A stretch of DNA of 36,225 nucleotides from Candidatus Hadarchaeales archaeon (lineage in GTDB: Archaea > Hadarchaeota > Hadarchaeia > Hadarchaeales > Hadarchaeaceae). How positions within the stretch are numbered: position 1 is the first letter of the stretch; every line of letters begins with the position of its first letter. The notes under the pieces were generated by a model. That model was not told where the DNA came from. It did not search any database and saw nothing but the letters and a program-made list of their open reading frames with translations. The DNA is taken from contig JAWCLG010000010.1 in the NCBI GenBank assembly GCA_038851075.1, positions 1-36,225 of the forward strand, written 5' to 3'. A program made the translations under genes and the position numbers. Shown piece after piece: positions 1 to 8,948 of this stretch.

Positions 1-1
1 T

Positions 2-1621
2 GCCACCGGGAATGTAATATCATGGAAAGAAGAGGATTACGGACACGATTTCGGCGGGCTTGTGGGAGCAAACTACGGAGAAGACGCGATAATCAGATAC
101 TGTTATTCTGCGGGAAATGTGGTGCTGGGGGATGAGGGCGAGAAAACTGAGTATGTTGGGGGGCTGGTCGGGTATAATAGTGAGGGAACCATCCAGAACT
201 GCTATGCCACCGGGGATGTGGAGGGGTATGAGGATGTTGGGGGGCTGGTCGGGTTTAATGATGGGGGAACCATCCAGTACTGCTATGCCACCGGGTATGT
301 GGAGGGATATGAGTATGTTGGGGGGCTGGTCGGGAGGAATGATGAGGGAACCATCCAGAACTGCTATGCCACCGGGTATGTGGAGGGGCATGAGGATGTT
401 GGAGGGCTGGTCGGTTTTGACTATTCTGGATCTGTTTCGAACTGTTACTCAAATGGATACGTTGATGGAAGCACTTCGGTCGGAGGGTTGCTTGGATATA
501 ATAATAGTGCAATCTATTCAAACTCGTTCTGGGACACCGAGACCTCAGGGCAGCCGACCAGCGCAGCGGGCACGGGAAAGACCACAGCACAGATGAAACA
601 GCAATCCACTTACACAGGATGGGACTTTGTAGATATCTGGAGGATAGAAACGGGGAGAAACTATGGTTATCCGTTCCTCCTGGCACTCGGTGCTCCATTG
701 ACGAACAGCCCGCCAGTCGCAAGCAACCCCAAAGCCGAGGGACAGACCAATCCGACCAACCTGACGACGTACACGCCGACATTCACCTGGGACTTTTCAG
801 ATGCAGATGATAACAGTCAGACGCAGAGGCAGATACAGGTGGGCACAACTCTTAACGGAAACGACATGTGGGACAGCACACTCTCCACGTCTTCGCAGTC
901 AGCCGTCTACGCCGGATCGACCCTGAGCAGAGGGGTCACATACTACTGGAGGGTGAGGGTGTACGATGGACAGGATTGGTCGAGCTGGGCATCAGGCACG
1001 TTCAAGCTCATTCCAGAGCCATCCATCACCACCACGGAGACCGCGACGCACCTCGAAAACGTGATGGCCGGGGACAGCGTGCCCATCACCGTTGGGGACT
1101 TCCAGCTCACCATAGTGTTCGGACAGAGCGTGGGCTCCCTCGACATAACGCACGAGGTCACGGCGATAGACATGGACCTTGGCTCCGGGCTAGCCGCGTA
1201 CAGCGAGGGGATAACCATAGAGCTGTCGTCCTCGGTGAGCCTGACCGCCACCCTGACCATGACCATACCGAAGTCCTGGGCCACGGCTAACAACGTGGAC
1301 CCGACATCGATCAGGATAATGAGGTATAAGAACGGCACCTGGACTGAACTGTCCACGACTGTCCAGGAAACTGCAAACTCATACGTGCTCACGGCTCAGG
1401 TGACCGGGTTCTCCACATTCGTGGCTGTGGGATCGGTGCGGCAGGAGGCACCGTCCGCAGGGGAGGCTCCTCCGGAGGTCACCCTGCCGGGCCAGCAGCC
1501 CGCGCCTCCATCGGCTCCTGCAGAGGATGTCGGGTTCCTGGTATTCATCGCATGCGTTGGCATCCTGATCATAGCAATCATAGCGCTGATAAAGTTCGCC
1601 ATACTGCCGAAGAAAGAATAA
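2..1621 (+). CDS. Cell-surface protein, 5'-truncated: GLUG repeats, Ig/FN3-like domain, PGF-pre-PGF-like domain, Pro-rich linker, C-terminal TM anchor
   Basis: The frame is open from position 2 (ATGNVISWKEEDYGHDFGGLVG...), so it starts upstream of the window. It has repeated VGGLVG..N..GTIQNCYATG units, FWDTETSGQ..WDF..IW, YYWRVRV and GFSTFVAVG, then a hydrophobic tail ending in KKE. Confidence 0.85.
   Translation, partial: ATGNVISWKEEDYGHDFGGLVGANYGEDAIIRYCYSAGNVVLGDEGEKTEYVGGLVGYNSEGTIQNCYATGDVEGYEDVGGLVGFNDGGTIQYCYATGYVEGYEYVGGLVGRNDEGTIQNCYATGYVEGHEDVGGLVGFDYSGSVSNCYSNGYVDGSTSVGGLLGYNNSAIYSNSFWDTETSGQPTSAAGTGKTTAQMKQQSTYTGWDFVDIWRIETGRNYGYPFLLALGAPLTNSPPVASNPKAEGQTNPTNLTTYTPTFTWDFSDADDNSQTQRQIQVGTTLNGNDMWDSTLSTSSQSAVYAGSTLSRGVTYYWRVRVYDGQDWSSWASGTFKLIPEPSITTTETATHLENVMAGDSVPITVGDFQLTIVFGQSVGSLDITHEVTAIDMDLGSGLAAYSEGITIELSSSVSLTATLTMTIPKSWATANNVDPTSIRIMRYKNGTWTELSTTVQETANSYVLTAQVTGFSTFVAVGSVRQEAPSAGEAPPEVTLPGQQPAPPSAPAEDVGFLVFIACVGILIIAIIALIKFAILPKKE
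155..417 (+). repeat. 81-bp (27-codon) near-identical tandem repeats encoding GLUG units
   Basis: gttggggggctggtcggg-like starts occur at 155, 236, 317 and 398 (period 81), with the shared core ggaaccatccag(a/t)actgctatgccaccggg(g/t)atgtggaggg. Confidence 0.9.
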
Positions 1622-1643
1622 ATCTGTGAAACCTGCCCTAAAT

Positions 1644-2738
1644 CTAACCTCTGAGCGCTATCGCCAAGATGGCCGAACACACAATACCGATTATTGCACA
1701 CATCAAAAATGGAGCCACCGGTGAAAAAACATCGGCAAGAAAACCGCCGGCTCCCGGAAATATCGCCCATCCTAGACCGGATATCGCGTTGAACACCCCC
1801 ATCGCATATCCCGTGCTGGTTCCGCCCGCCTTGGACGCAAGCGACATGATTGACGGGTACATCATTCCTATTCCCAAAGCAACCCCAAACAGGAGCATCG
1901 CCAATAACACGAGATTGTAAGCCGCGAAAAACCAGATGTATACCACGGACACGGTGAGCATCGCCCACTTCGTTAAAGCCCTCTCCCCGACTCTGTCGGA
2001 AAGTTTACCAGAGGGTATGAAAAACAGTGCACGCGTCAGGGTGAAGATGGTTATCAGAATCCCCGCCTCAGCCTCAGACATTCCAAGAGCGGTCCTGACA
2101 TAGGGTGGGAACAGGATAAGGATCACTGAAATCATCCCGATGTACGGCAAACCGATCAATGCTGGGTAGAGTATTTTTCTGACGCTGATATGATGCCCGC
2201 TGGTTGCGGTTGGTCGCGGCAGCCGCGGTATCACCAACGTGGAAACCGCTGCCACCATTGCTCCAATCGCAAATATTGTTCTGGCTCCAAAAGACGCATA
2301 AAGCGAGCCAGCTATCAAGGGGCCAATGCCCAATCCAAGCGCCCAGGAACTTCCGTATTTTCCCATCGCAAGGCCGCGCTTCGATGAGCTTGAGGTGTCC
2401 GCCACGATTCCCTGAAGGCCGGTCCATATGAAAGCCTCCATCCCTCCCTGGAACAGCCTCACGATGAGCATGACAGGGAAGGAGAACGTGAGATGGTACG
2501 CGAGGAACACCGCCGCGGTTCCCGCGAACCCCATCATGACGAACCGCCTCTTTCCCATCCTGTCCCCCAACCTTCCAACTGGGACGCAGAGCAAAACGTA
2601 GAGGAGGATATAGGTCACTCCAAGCATCCCTATCTCGGTGTAGCTCGCCCCCAGCTCGCTTGCGTAAAGCGGGACCGCCAGGTTGACCATACCCATGGCG
2701 AGCGACAGCACGAACGTGCCGAGCATCAGCCTGCGCAT
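1644..2738 (-). CDS. MFS transporter
   Basis: About 12 hydrophobic segments, with motif A GRLGDRMGKR and a second copy GKLSDRVGER. Start trimmed to ATG 2738 to avoid overlap with the divergent tpiA upstream region. Confidence 0.9.
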   Translation of the reverse strand: MRRLMLGTFVLSLAMGMVNLAVPLYASELGASYTEIGMLGVTYILLYVLLCVPVGRLGDRMGKRRFVMMGFAGTAAVFLAYHLTFSFPVMLIVRLFQGGMEAFIWTGLQGIVADTSSSSKRGLAMGKYGSSWALGLGIGPLIAGSLYASFGARTIFAIGAMVAAVSTLVIPRLPRPTATSGHHISVRKILYPALIGLPYIGMISVILILFPPYVRTALGMSEAEAGILITIFTLTRALFFIPSGKLSDRVGERALTKWAMLTVSVVYIWFFAAYNLVLLAMLLFGVALGIGMMYPSIMSLASKAGGTSTGYAMGVFNAISGLGWAIFPGAGGFLADVFSPVAPFLMCAIIGIVCSAILAIALRG

Positions 2739-2848
2739 ATGTGAAAATGAAATCCGGTCGCATAAATCCTTTGACAATCTGAAGGTGCGGTGAAGCGCGT
2801 GTGGGATATATTTATTTGGGATGGAAACCATTTTCAGCGGTGGTAAAG

Positions 2849-3532
2849 GTGAGATTTCCGCTTGTCATCGTGAATTTCAAGACATATCCGGAGTCAACCG
2901 GGGAGAACGCGGTACGTCTTGCCGAGATTATCTCCGATATCTCACAAGAAAGTGGGGTCTCTTCGGCGGTCGCTCCGCAGGCTCCTGATATAAAGGATAT
3001 TGCGAAAAGGGTGAAGATACCTGTGCTCGCCCAGCACGTGGATCCGATAAAACCCGGAAGAAATACCGGATTCCTCTCACCAGAGTGCGTTAGGGCGGCG
3101 GGGGCTGTTGGAACGCTGGTCAACCACTCCGAGCACAAGCTCCAGCTGGATCAGGTCGACGCCATCATAAAGAGAGCTAAGGAGGCCGGACTCGTGACCG
3201 TGGCGTGCACCGCGGACACATCCGAGAGCAGGAGTGTGGCGAAGCTGACCCCGGACGTTATAGCGGTTGAGCCACCTGAGCTGATAGGCACAGGAATACC
3301 GGTCTCGAAGGCGAAGCCGGAGGTTGTGCTGGAGTCCGTCAAGGCCGTAAGGGACATCAACGGACAGATAAGGGTCCTGTGCGGGGCGGGGATAACCACA
3401 GGAGAGGATGTGACGAAGGCCATGGAGCTCGGGGCTGAGGGCGTGCTCATAGCATCTGGTGTTGTCTGTGCGAAGGATCAGGCCGCGGCATTCCAGGATA
3501 TAGTTAACGGGGTCCTGTCTTTTGGAACGTAG
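2849..3532 (+). CDS. tpiA: Triosephosphate isomerase (archaeal short type)
   Basis: Motifs VNFKTY, NHSE, AVEPPELIGTG, VLCGAGI and GVLIASGV. GTG start at 2849 follows GGTGG; the start is approximate. Confidence 0.95.
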   Translation: MRFPLVIVNFKTYPESTGENAVRLAEIISDISQESGVSSAVAPQAPDIKDIAKRVKIPVLAQHVDPIKPGRNTGFLSPECVRAAGAVGTLVNHSEHKLQLDQVDAIIKRAKEAGLVTVACTADTSESRSVAKLTPDVIAVEPPELIGTGIPVSKAKPEVVLESVKAVRDINGQIRVLCGAGITTGEDVTKAMELGAEGVLIASGVVCAKDQAAAFQDIVNGVLSFGT

Positions 3533-3608
3533 AGTGTAACGATTCATCGGGGGGCCTGGGCTACCGGATATTTTATATGGAAGATTATTGAATAAAACAA
3601 TTGATTAG

Positions 3609-4144
3609 ATGAAAACTAAAAATGGGATTATAGTCATCATCGTATATTTTATAGCTTACTTGCTATATTCGTTTGCTCCCATTGAGGGGAGGGCATCGTA
3701 TTTCTAATTTTGGCTATGTTTGGGACCCGATTAATGTATGATGGCAGAGATGAGTTGTCTAATGAACGGCATGAAAGGCTTGTGACTATCGGTTACTGGA
3801 TAGTCTTTATAACGGTAATCATAGTTTTTCTAACCATTGTTGCATCGGTTTTTGTTGTTCGATCCCCTCAATCCATATATGCATCCATTATAAACGTTTT
3901 AGTAGTTGGCATCGTATGTGAGATCATGATTACCGTGGGTCTCGGCATGGCTGTTTTTCACGTTGTAAACGATGCCGGCAAGTTGCTACTCTTGATAGGT
4001 ATTGCGTTAAAAATTGGTTTAATAGTCTCAATTTTACTACTGCCGGTTGGCGCCTCAGTGCTTTATATAATATCCACTATTTCGATGCTCGTTGCGTATA
4101 TAATCGCCCTAACCATGGTCGGAGAGAAGAAACCGGCAGTCTGA
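3609..4144 (+). pseudogene. Frameshifted multi-TM membrane protein (DUF973/DUF996-like, tentative)
   Basis: ATG 3609 gives the hydrophobic MKTKNGIIVIIVYFIAYLLYSFAPI, which stops near 3707. A second frame (GEGIVFLILAMFGTRLMYDGRDELSNERHERLV...) continues to 4144. The switch lies at the G-rich tract 3684-3693. Confidence 0.6.
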
Positions 4145-4186
4145 CTGTAACCCTCGTACACAGATGCCCGTTCAACGGCCAAGGAC

Positions 4187-4194
4187 TTTTAAAT
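4187..4194 (+). promoter_or_regulatory. TATA box of tRNA-Thr
   Basis: TTTTAAAT lies about 26-33 nt upstream of tRNA G1. Confidence 0.55.
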
Positions 4195-4219
4195 TCGACT
4201 ATGCAAAAATATCAAACGG

Positions 4220-4325
4220 GCCCCGGTAGCTCAGCCTGGCAGAGCGACTGAAGGAGACTGTCGAAACTTGTAGCCGGGTGCAGGAGATCAGTAGGTCGTG
4301 GGTTCAACTCCCACCCGGGGCTCCA
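4220..4325 (+). tRNA. tRNA-Thr(UGU) with two introns (4251-4265 at 30/31; 4273-4286 at 37/38), CCA encoded
   Basis: Acceptor GCCCCGG/CCGGGGC, U73 discriminator (typical of archaeal tRNA-Thr), D-arm GCTC/GAGC and T-arm GTGGG-TTCAACT-CCCAC. Removing both inserts gives ACTGA-CTTGTAA-TCAGT. Both inserts form BHB motifs. Confidence 0.92.
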
Positions 4326-4331
4326 CCTTAA

Positions 4332-6260
4332 TCATGCTATTCTGCAGTCGCCGGGCGGCATGGCGCGTTCCACCTCATCTATCGAAAAATTGAACCCCGC
4401 CTCGACCATCCTTCTTCTTATGGCCTCCGCCGCCTCACGCTTTCGGATTCCTCCAGGGGACACCTCAATGACTATTCTGGAGTGATTTCTGACAGCGCTG
4501 ACCGGTCCGCACATCACGATCTCCCTTCCATAGAACCCAACCACTCCCAGAGCGGCTCGCAAAGGCACGTCGATGTAGTTCCTTTCACCTCTTATCACGA
4601 AGCTTCCCTTAGGAAGGTAAGTGCCTGGTGGAGCGCGCGCCGAAACCTGATCGGGTCTAACCCAGAAAACCCTTGTCGAACCCATCCCCTCGATCCATGC
4701 CCTCGAGTGCATGGCTGCGAACTCAGCTGCCTCTCTGATATCATCCACCGGCACTTCCCTTCCCCCGGATCTTATTATCACGTGGGGTGCGCCTCTGATT
4801 TCAGCGTGTAGATAAATGTCCCGGTCTCCCATTCTCTTCCTGACGATTTCGGAGTTCGTCTTTTCATCCCTGCCGCCGAGAATCAGGAAGCCTCCTGACG
4901 ACAGGGCCCACCTGTACTTCTCGAACCAAATTTTTTCCTCTTTCCGGGGCGGCTGAAACGCGGAAAGTCCCATCCTCTGAAGGCGATCCAGCTCCACCGC
5001 CGTCCTCTCTGCCGCCTTCTTTGCCCCGGCCGCTTTCTCCGCAAACTTCTTGTAGCCCTCATAGTACCTGGAGGCATTCTGAAAAGCCGAAAACTTCAAG
5101 TCAAGCGTAACCTCTTCACCCATAAGGTCCACAACCACCTCTCCAGATCTGCGCAATGTCCTGACAGATGGTGCCCACCATGCGCCTGAAGCTGCGGCGG
5201 ACCTTATGAAATCCATCGCTCCTCCGGAACCAGCCTTTCTCAACGCTCCTCTAACCTGATCAAGCAGTCCGTCCACGAAATGGTGCTTCAGAGAGATAAC
5301 GTCCGCCCTTCTCTTCATCCAGACCGATTGTTCATAAAGCCTTGAAAAGCTGTCCTGCTCCTCAGACAGGATTTTCTTAAGCCTTTCGATTTCGGTCTCC
5401 AGCCTCCTTCTTGCGCGCTCCGAGGCCGAGATCACCGCCACCTCGGCGAAGTACTCATCAAGCGCCTCGTTGAAAGAGGGAAACTTCCTGCATTCCCTGC
5501 CCGTGTATATCTTGAACCAGAACGGCAAAACGTCAAGCGGTCTGCCCTCATCATAAACTATGACGGGATCGGGATCTGACGTGAATACCCGATGGATGGA
5601 TCCTGCCAGCGTTTTTAGGTCCTCATTTGAAATTGATGAAGGCGAAAGCGACTTTCCGAGACCGCTTCTGGAGCAGATCTCCTCGGCAAGAGCGCCTCCG
5701 AGGCCCAGGTTCACCGCAAGAGCTCTGACGAGGTCCGGAGCCCCTCTCATCTGCTCCCTGAGCTCCTCCGGGACAATCGAGTCTGGATTTATCCTCGGAC
5801 CAGGAGGGATCACGTATGCCTCTCCTGTCCTGACCGTCCTACCCATATGGCTCTCAGATCTGTACGGGTGCAGGATTTTCATCGAACCGTCACATAGGAT
5901 GATGTTGCCCCTGCCGAAAAGCTCCACGACAAGGTACCTCTTCTCGATGCCAGAAAACTCAAGCACGACCACCCTCTCGGTCCAGGGCTGCTCAATTCCC
6001 GAAAGCTCGGCTCCTCGAATGTGCTTCCGCAGCAGCATTGCGAACGAACCCGGCCTTTTGGGCAACTTTGGACGCCCGCTTGTCAGATTGATCCTGCGCC
6101 CCATCTCACATATCAGAATCATACGCTTTCCGTCCATCATTCTTAGAGACAGCAGGACAGAACCGTCTGCCTCATACGAATTTTCCACTCGAGCTCCGAT
6201 AGCGTTTTTAAGCTCGCGAACGCAGACCATAATGTCAAGACGGGACATTGCCAGCTTCAT
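4332..6260 (-). CDS. rqcH: Rqc2/NFACT family ribosome quality-control protein (archaeal RqcH-like, fibronectin-binding A domain)
   Basis: Motifs FAMLLRKHI, ELFGRGNIIL and NASRYY, plus the NFACT-R domain WFEKYRW..SSGGFLILGGRD..N..YLHAEIRGAPHV and PGTYLPKGSF. ATG 6260 has a GGTGA SD. Confidence 0.92.
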   Translation of the reverse strand: MKLAMSRLDIMVCVRELKNAIGARVENSYEADGSVLLSLRMMDGKRMILICEMGRRINLTSGRPKLPKRPGSFAMLLRKHIRGAELSGIEQPWTERVVVLEFSGIEKRYLVVELFGRGNIILCDGSMKILHPYRSESHMGRTVRTGEAYVIPPGPRINPDSIVPEELREQMRGAPDLVRALAVNLGLGGALAEEICSRSGLGKSLSPSSISNEDLKTLAGSIHRVFTSDPDPVIVYDEGRPLDVLPFWFKIYTGRECRKFPSFNEALDEYFAEVAVISASERARRRLETEIERLKKILSEEQDSFSRLYEQSVWMKRRADVISLKHHFVDGLLDQVRGALRKAGSGGAMDFIRSAAASGAWWAPSVRTLRRSGEVVVDLMGEEVTLDLKFSAFQNASRYYEGYKKFAEKAAGAKKAAERTAVELDRLQRMGLSAFQPPRKEEKIWFEKYRWALSSGGFLILGGRDEKTNSEIVRKRMGDRDIYLHAEIRGAPHVIIRSGGREVPVDDIREAAEFAAMHSRAWIEGMGSTRVFWVRPDQVSARAPPGTYLPKGSFVIRGERNYIDVPLRAALGVVGFYGREIVMCGPVSAVRNHSRIVIEVSPGGIRKREAAEAIRRRMVEAGFNFSIDEVERAMPPGDCRIA

Positions 6261-6281
6261 GCTCTCACCGGAGGAGTAAAC

Positions 6282-6635
6282 ATGCAAACCGTTGCGGCAG
6301 GAGCACCGGCCAGGGTGCAGGCGCTTTCGGAGGCCAGAGTCACCATATTCTTCGCTCTGACGGGGTCGCTGGCAGGATTGATCTCCGCCGTCATCAGCCT
6401 AACAATGGGAACCGGAACGGGCGCCCTCTGTCTCATCCTTGCTGTATTTCTGTTTTACATCTCATATAAGTTGGCCAGCCTTGAAAAATTCAGGTCCAGA
6501 TATCTAACGGCCTCACTTCCGGAATCCGAGGTGAAGAAAAATCTGAGGATAATAACAAGCGGAATATGGCCGTTCTTCATTCTGTGGCTCATCATATGGG
6601 TGCTCGCTTACACCGTGGCGATAAATTTCCTGTAA
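6282..6635 (+). CDS. Small 3-TM protein, archaeal EMC6-like (tentative)
   Basis: GGAGG SD. Two N-terminal TMs, a charged loop and a C-terminal GIWPFFILWLIIWVLAYT, which resembles the EMC6-like tail. Confidence 0.6.
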   Translation: MQTVAAGAPARVQALSEARVTIFFALTGSLAGLISAVISLTMGTGTGALCLILAVFLFYISYKLASLEKFRSRYLTASLPESEVKKNLRIITSGIWPFFILWLIIWVLAYTVAINFL

Positions 6636-6651
6636 GAATCACGGTGTAATC

Positions 6652-7305
6652 ATGGACGCAAACAGGATAAAGGTAATAGCTGACCGAAGGGAGAGCGGGT
6701 CCGGGGTCCTGCGGTGGCTCCGTGAAATCGCCGATGTGAGGCTGAGTACAATCGACGCAGGAGACTATGTGGTCAGCGATCGTATCTGCATAGAAAGAAA
6801 ATCCGCCGGAGATTTTCTGCAGTCCATCGTTGACCGAAGGCTCGCCAGACAGATGCGGGATATCGCCAAGCTTTACGAAAAACCAGTCCTGATACTGGAG
6901 GGAGGCGATCTGTTCTCCCGCAGGTCGATACATCCGAATGCCATAAGAGGGGCGCTGGCCTCGCTTGTCACGGACCTTGGAGTTTCAGTTATTCCATCCG
7001 AGGGGGAGGAGGACACGGCGAGAATAATAGCGGCCCTTGCCAGGAGAGAACAGACAAAGGACGGAAGAGAACCTGTCCTCAGGGCGAAACCAAAAGCGGA
7101 CGGAATCCAAAAAATGCAGAAGTTTGTTGTTGAGGGACTTCCGGGAATATCATGCGTTCTTGCAAAAAGGCTGCTCAAGCACTTCGGAACTGTTGAGAGG
7201 ATTATGCGGGCCTCACAGGAGGAGCTGATGAAGGTGCCTGGGATAGGCAAGAAAAAGGCGCACGGGATACGTGTCGTCCTGTCATCCGCCTACCGCGAGG
7301 ACTGA
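6652..7305 (+). CDS. xpf: XPF/ERCC4 structure-specific endonuclease (nuclease + HhH2, no helicase domain)
   Basis: Motifs ADRRE, GDYVVS and ERKSAGDF, with HhH motifs LPGIS and VPGIGKKKA. Confidence 0.9.
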   Translation: MDANRIKVIADRRESGSGVLRWLREIADVRLSTIDAGDYVVSDRICIERKSAGDFLQSIVDRRLARQMRDIAKLYEKPVLILEGGDLFSRRSIHPNAIRGALASLVTDLGVSVIPSEGEEDTARIIAALARREQTKDGREPVLRAKPKADGIQKMQKFVVEGLPGISCVLAKRLLKHFGTVERIMRASQEELMKVPGIGKKKAHGIRVVLSSAYRED

Positions 7306-7361
7306 ACACCGACGCCTACTCAACAATTTTTAGGTACTGGGAGAAAACTACTTCGGTCCGC

Positions 7362-8948
7362 ATGCACTGGATTGACAGAATCGCAAAGGCCATCATGAAA
7401 AATGGAAAAAAACACGTCATAGCCAGCGGAATATCCATATCCGGACATGTGCATATCGGTCACTGCAATGACGTGTTCATCGCGGATGGCGTTAGAAGGG
7501 CCGTGGAGGAGCTCGGGGGGGAGGCAGAGGCGATATGGTACGCAGATGACTATGACCCGATGCGCAGGGTTCCGTGGCCGCTCAATCAGGGGGAACTGGA
7601 AAACAGGTACAAGCATTACCTGGGATTCCCTTACGCCAACATTCCGTCCCCGGACCCATCTTACAGCAGCTTCGTTGACTACTTCTCGAGGGATTTCGTG
7701 AATGCCCTGAAAGAGTTTGGAATAAATGTGACCATTTACTCGGGCGCGGAGGTCTACAGAAGCGGGAGAATGGCGGAGCTGACAAGGACCGCGCTCGCAT
7801 CATCGGACAGGATAAGAAAGATACTGAACAGATACAGGAACAGACCTCTTCCGGACGACTGGCTTCCGTACGACCCAATATGCGCTAATTGCGGAAGGAT
7901 ATCGACCACACGGGCCTATTCGTGGAAGGGAGATCTGGTGAACTACAGATGCGAAGGATCAGAATACGTCGAAGGGTGTGGACATACCGGTGAGGCGGAC
8001 TTCACAAAGGGAGAGGGAAAGCTGACATGGAGGGTGGAATGGCCCGCCAGATGGAAGCTGCTGGGCGTCACGTGCGAGCCTTTCGGAAAGGACCACGCGG
8101 CCGCCGGGGGCAGCTACGAGACTGGGAAGCAGATAGCGCGGTTGGTATTCAAGTACAGGGCACCATACCCGGTTCCCTATGAGTGGGTGGGTCTCGGAGG
8201 AAAGCACATGTCCTCCTCGAGGGGGATTGTGTTCACTCTCTCACAGTGGCTGGAGGTGGCTGAGCCAGAGCTGCTGAGATACTTCATATTCAGGAGCAAA
8301 TCCATGAAGGCAAAGGAATTCGATCCATCGATGGGTATTGTAGAGCTCTACGAGGAGTTCGATGAGGTGGAGAAGGTGTACTTCGGGCTGGGGAGGCTCG
8401 GTGGAAGAAAGCTGGATCAGCTGAAGAGGATCTACGAACTATCTCAGGTTGAAAAACCCCCACACGGCCCGCTGCAGCGCCTGCCATTCAGGCTGGCTGC
8501 AACCCTGGCGCAGGTGGTTAAGGACGAAAGCCAGGCCGTGGAGATCATGAAACGCCGAAAAATCTTGATCAATCCAACCGAGCTCGACATCTCGCTGGCG
8601 GTGAAACGTCTGAGGTGCGCCGGGGGCTGGGTAACAAAATACGCGCCTGAGTTCATGCGATTCCGGATATCCGAGGAAGTTCCCCCTGCAGCACGCGAGC
8701 TAAGTGAAAAGCAGAAGACGGGACTTCGCATCATCGCCGAAGAGCTGTCCAAGGGAGATCACGCGCCGCTGGAGCTGCACAATTTGATATACGCAATCGC
8801 CAAGAAAATTGGAGCCGAGCCGGCAGATCTTTTCAGGGCAATATACATGACGCTGCTCGGCAGAAGCTCTGGCCCGAAAGCCGGGACCCTGCTGTCCGTG
8901 CTTGACCGCGAGCTGGTAATATCAAGGTTCAACGAGGTCTCTTCCTGA
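7362..8948 (+). CDS. lysS: Lysine--tRNA ligase, class I
   Basis: Motifs MHWID, SGISISGHVHIGH, KLTWRVEWPARW, EPFGKDH, HMSSSRG and GPKAG. Confidence 0.97.
   Translation: MHWIDRIAKAIMKNGKKHVIASGISISGHVHIGHCNDVFIADGVRRAVEELGGEAEAIWYADDYDPMRRVPWPLNQGELENRYKHYLGFPYANIPSPDPSYSSFVDYFSRDFVNALKEFGINVTIYSGAEVYRSGRMAELTRTALASSDRIRKILNRYRNRPLPDDWLPYDPICANCGRISTTRAYSWKGDLVNYRCEGSEYVEGCGHTGEADFTKGEGKLTWRVEWPARWKLLGVTCEPFGKDHAAAGGSYETGKQIARLVFKYRAPYPVPYEWVGLGGKHMSSSRGIVFTLSQWLEVAEPELLRYFIFRSKSMKAKEFDPSMGIVELYEEFDEVEKVYFGLGRLGGRKLDQLKRIYELSQVEKPPHGPLQRLPFRLAATLAQVVKDESQAVEIMKRRKILINPTELDISLAVKRLRCAGGWVTKYAPEFMRFRISEEVPPAARELSEKQKTGLRIIAEELSKGDHAPLELHNLIYAIAKKIGAEPADLFRAIYMTLLGRSSGPKAGTLLSVLDRELVISRFNEVSS

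Noticed and set aside
155-417. CRISPR array or diversity-generating retroelement repeat pair
   Set aside because: The repeats are in-frame and coding with no unique spacers. Differences are not adenine-restricted, and no cas or reverse transcriptase gene is present in the window.
3670-3700. mRNA BHB intron explaining the frameshift
   Set aside because: A CTCCC/GGGAG hairpin exists, but no register tried gave a 4-bp central helix with two 3-nt bulges.
4247-4292. tRNA-Phe or another identity read from GAA/AGG near the first insert
   Set aside because: Only removal of both BHB inserts gives a 7-nt loop with U33 and purine 37. The acceptor stem and U73 fit Thr.
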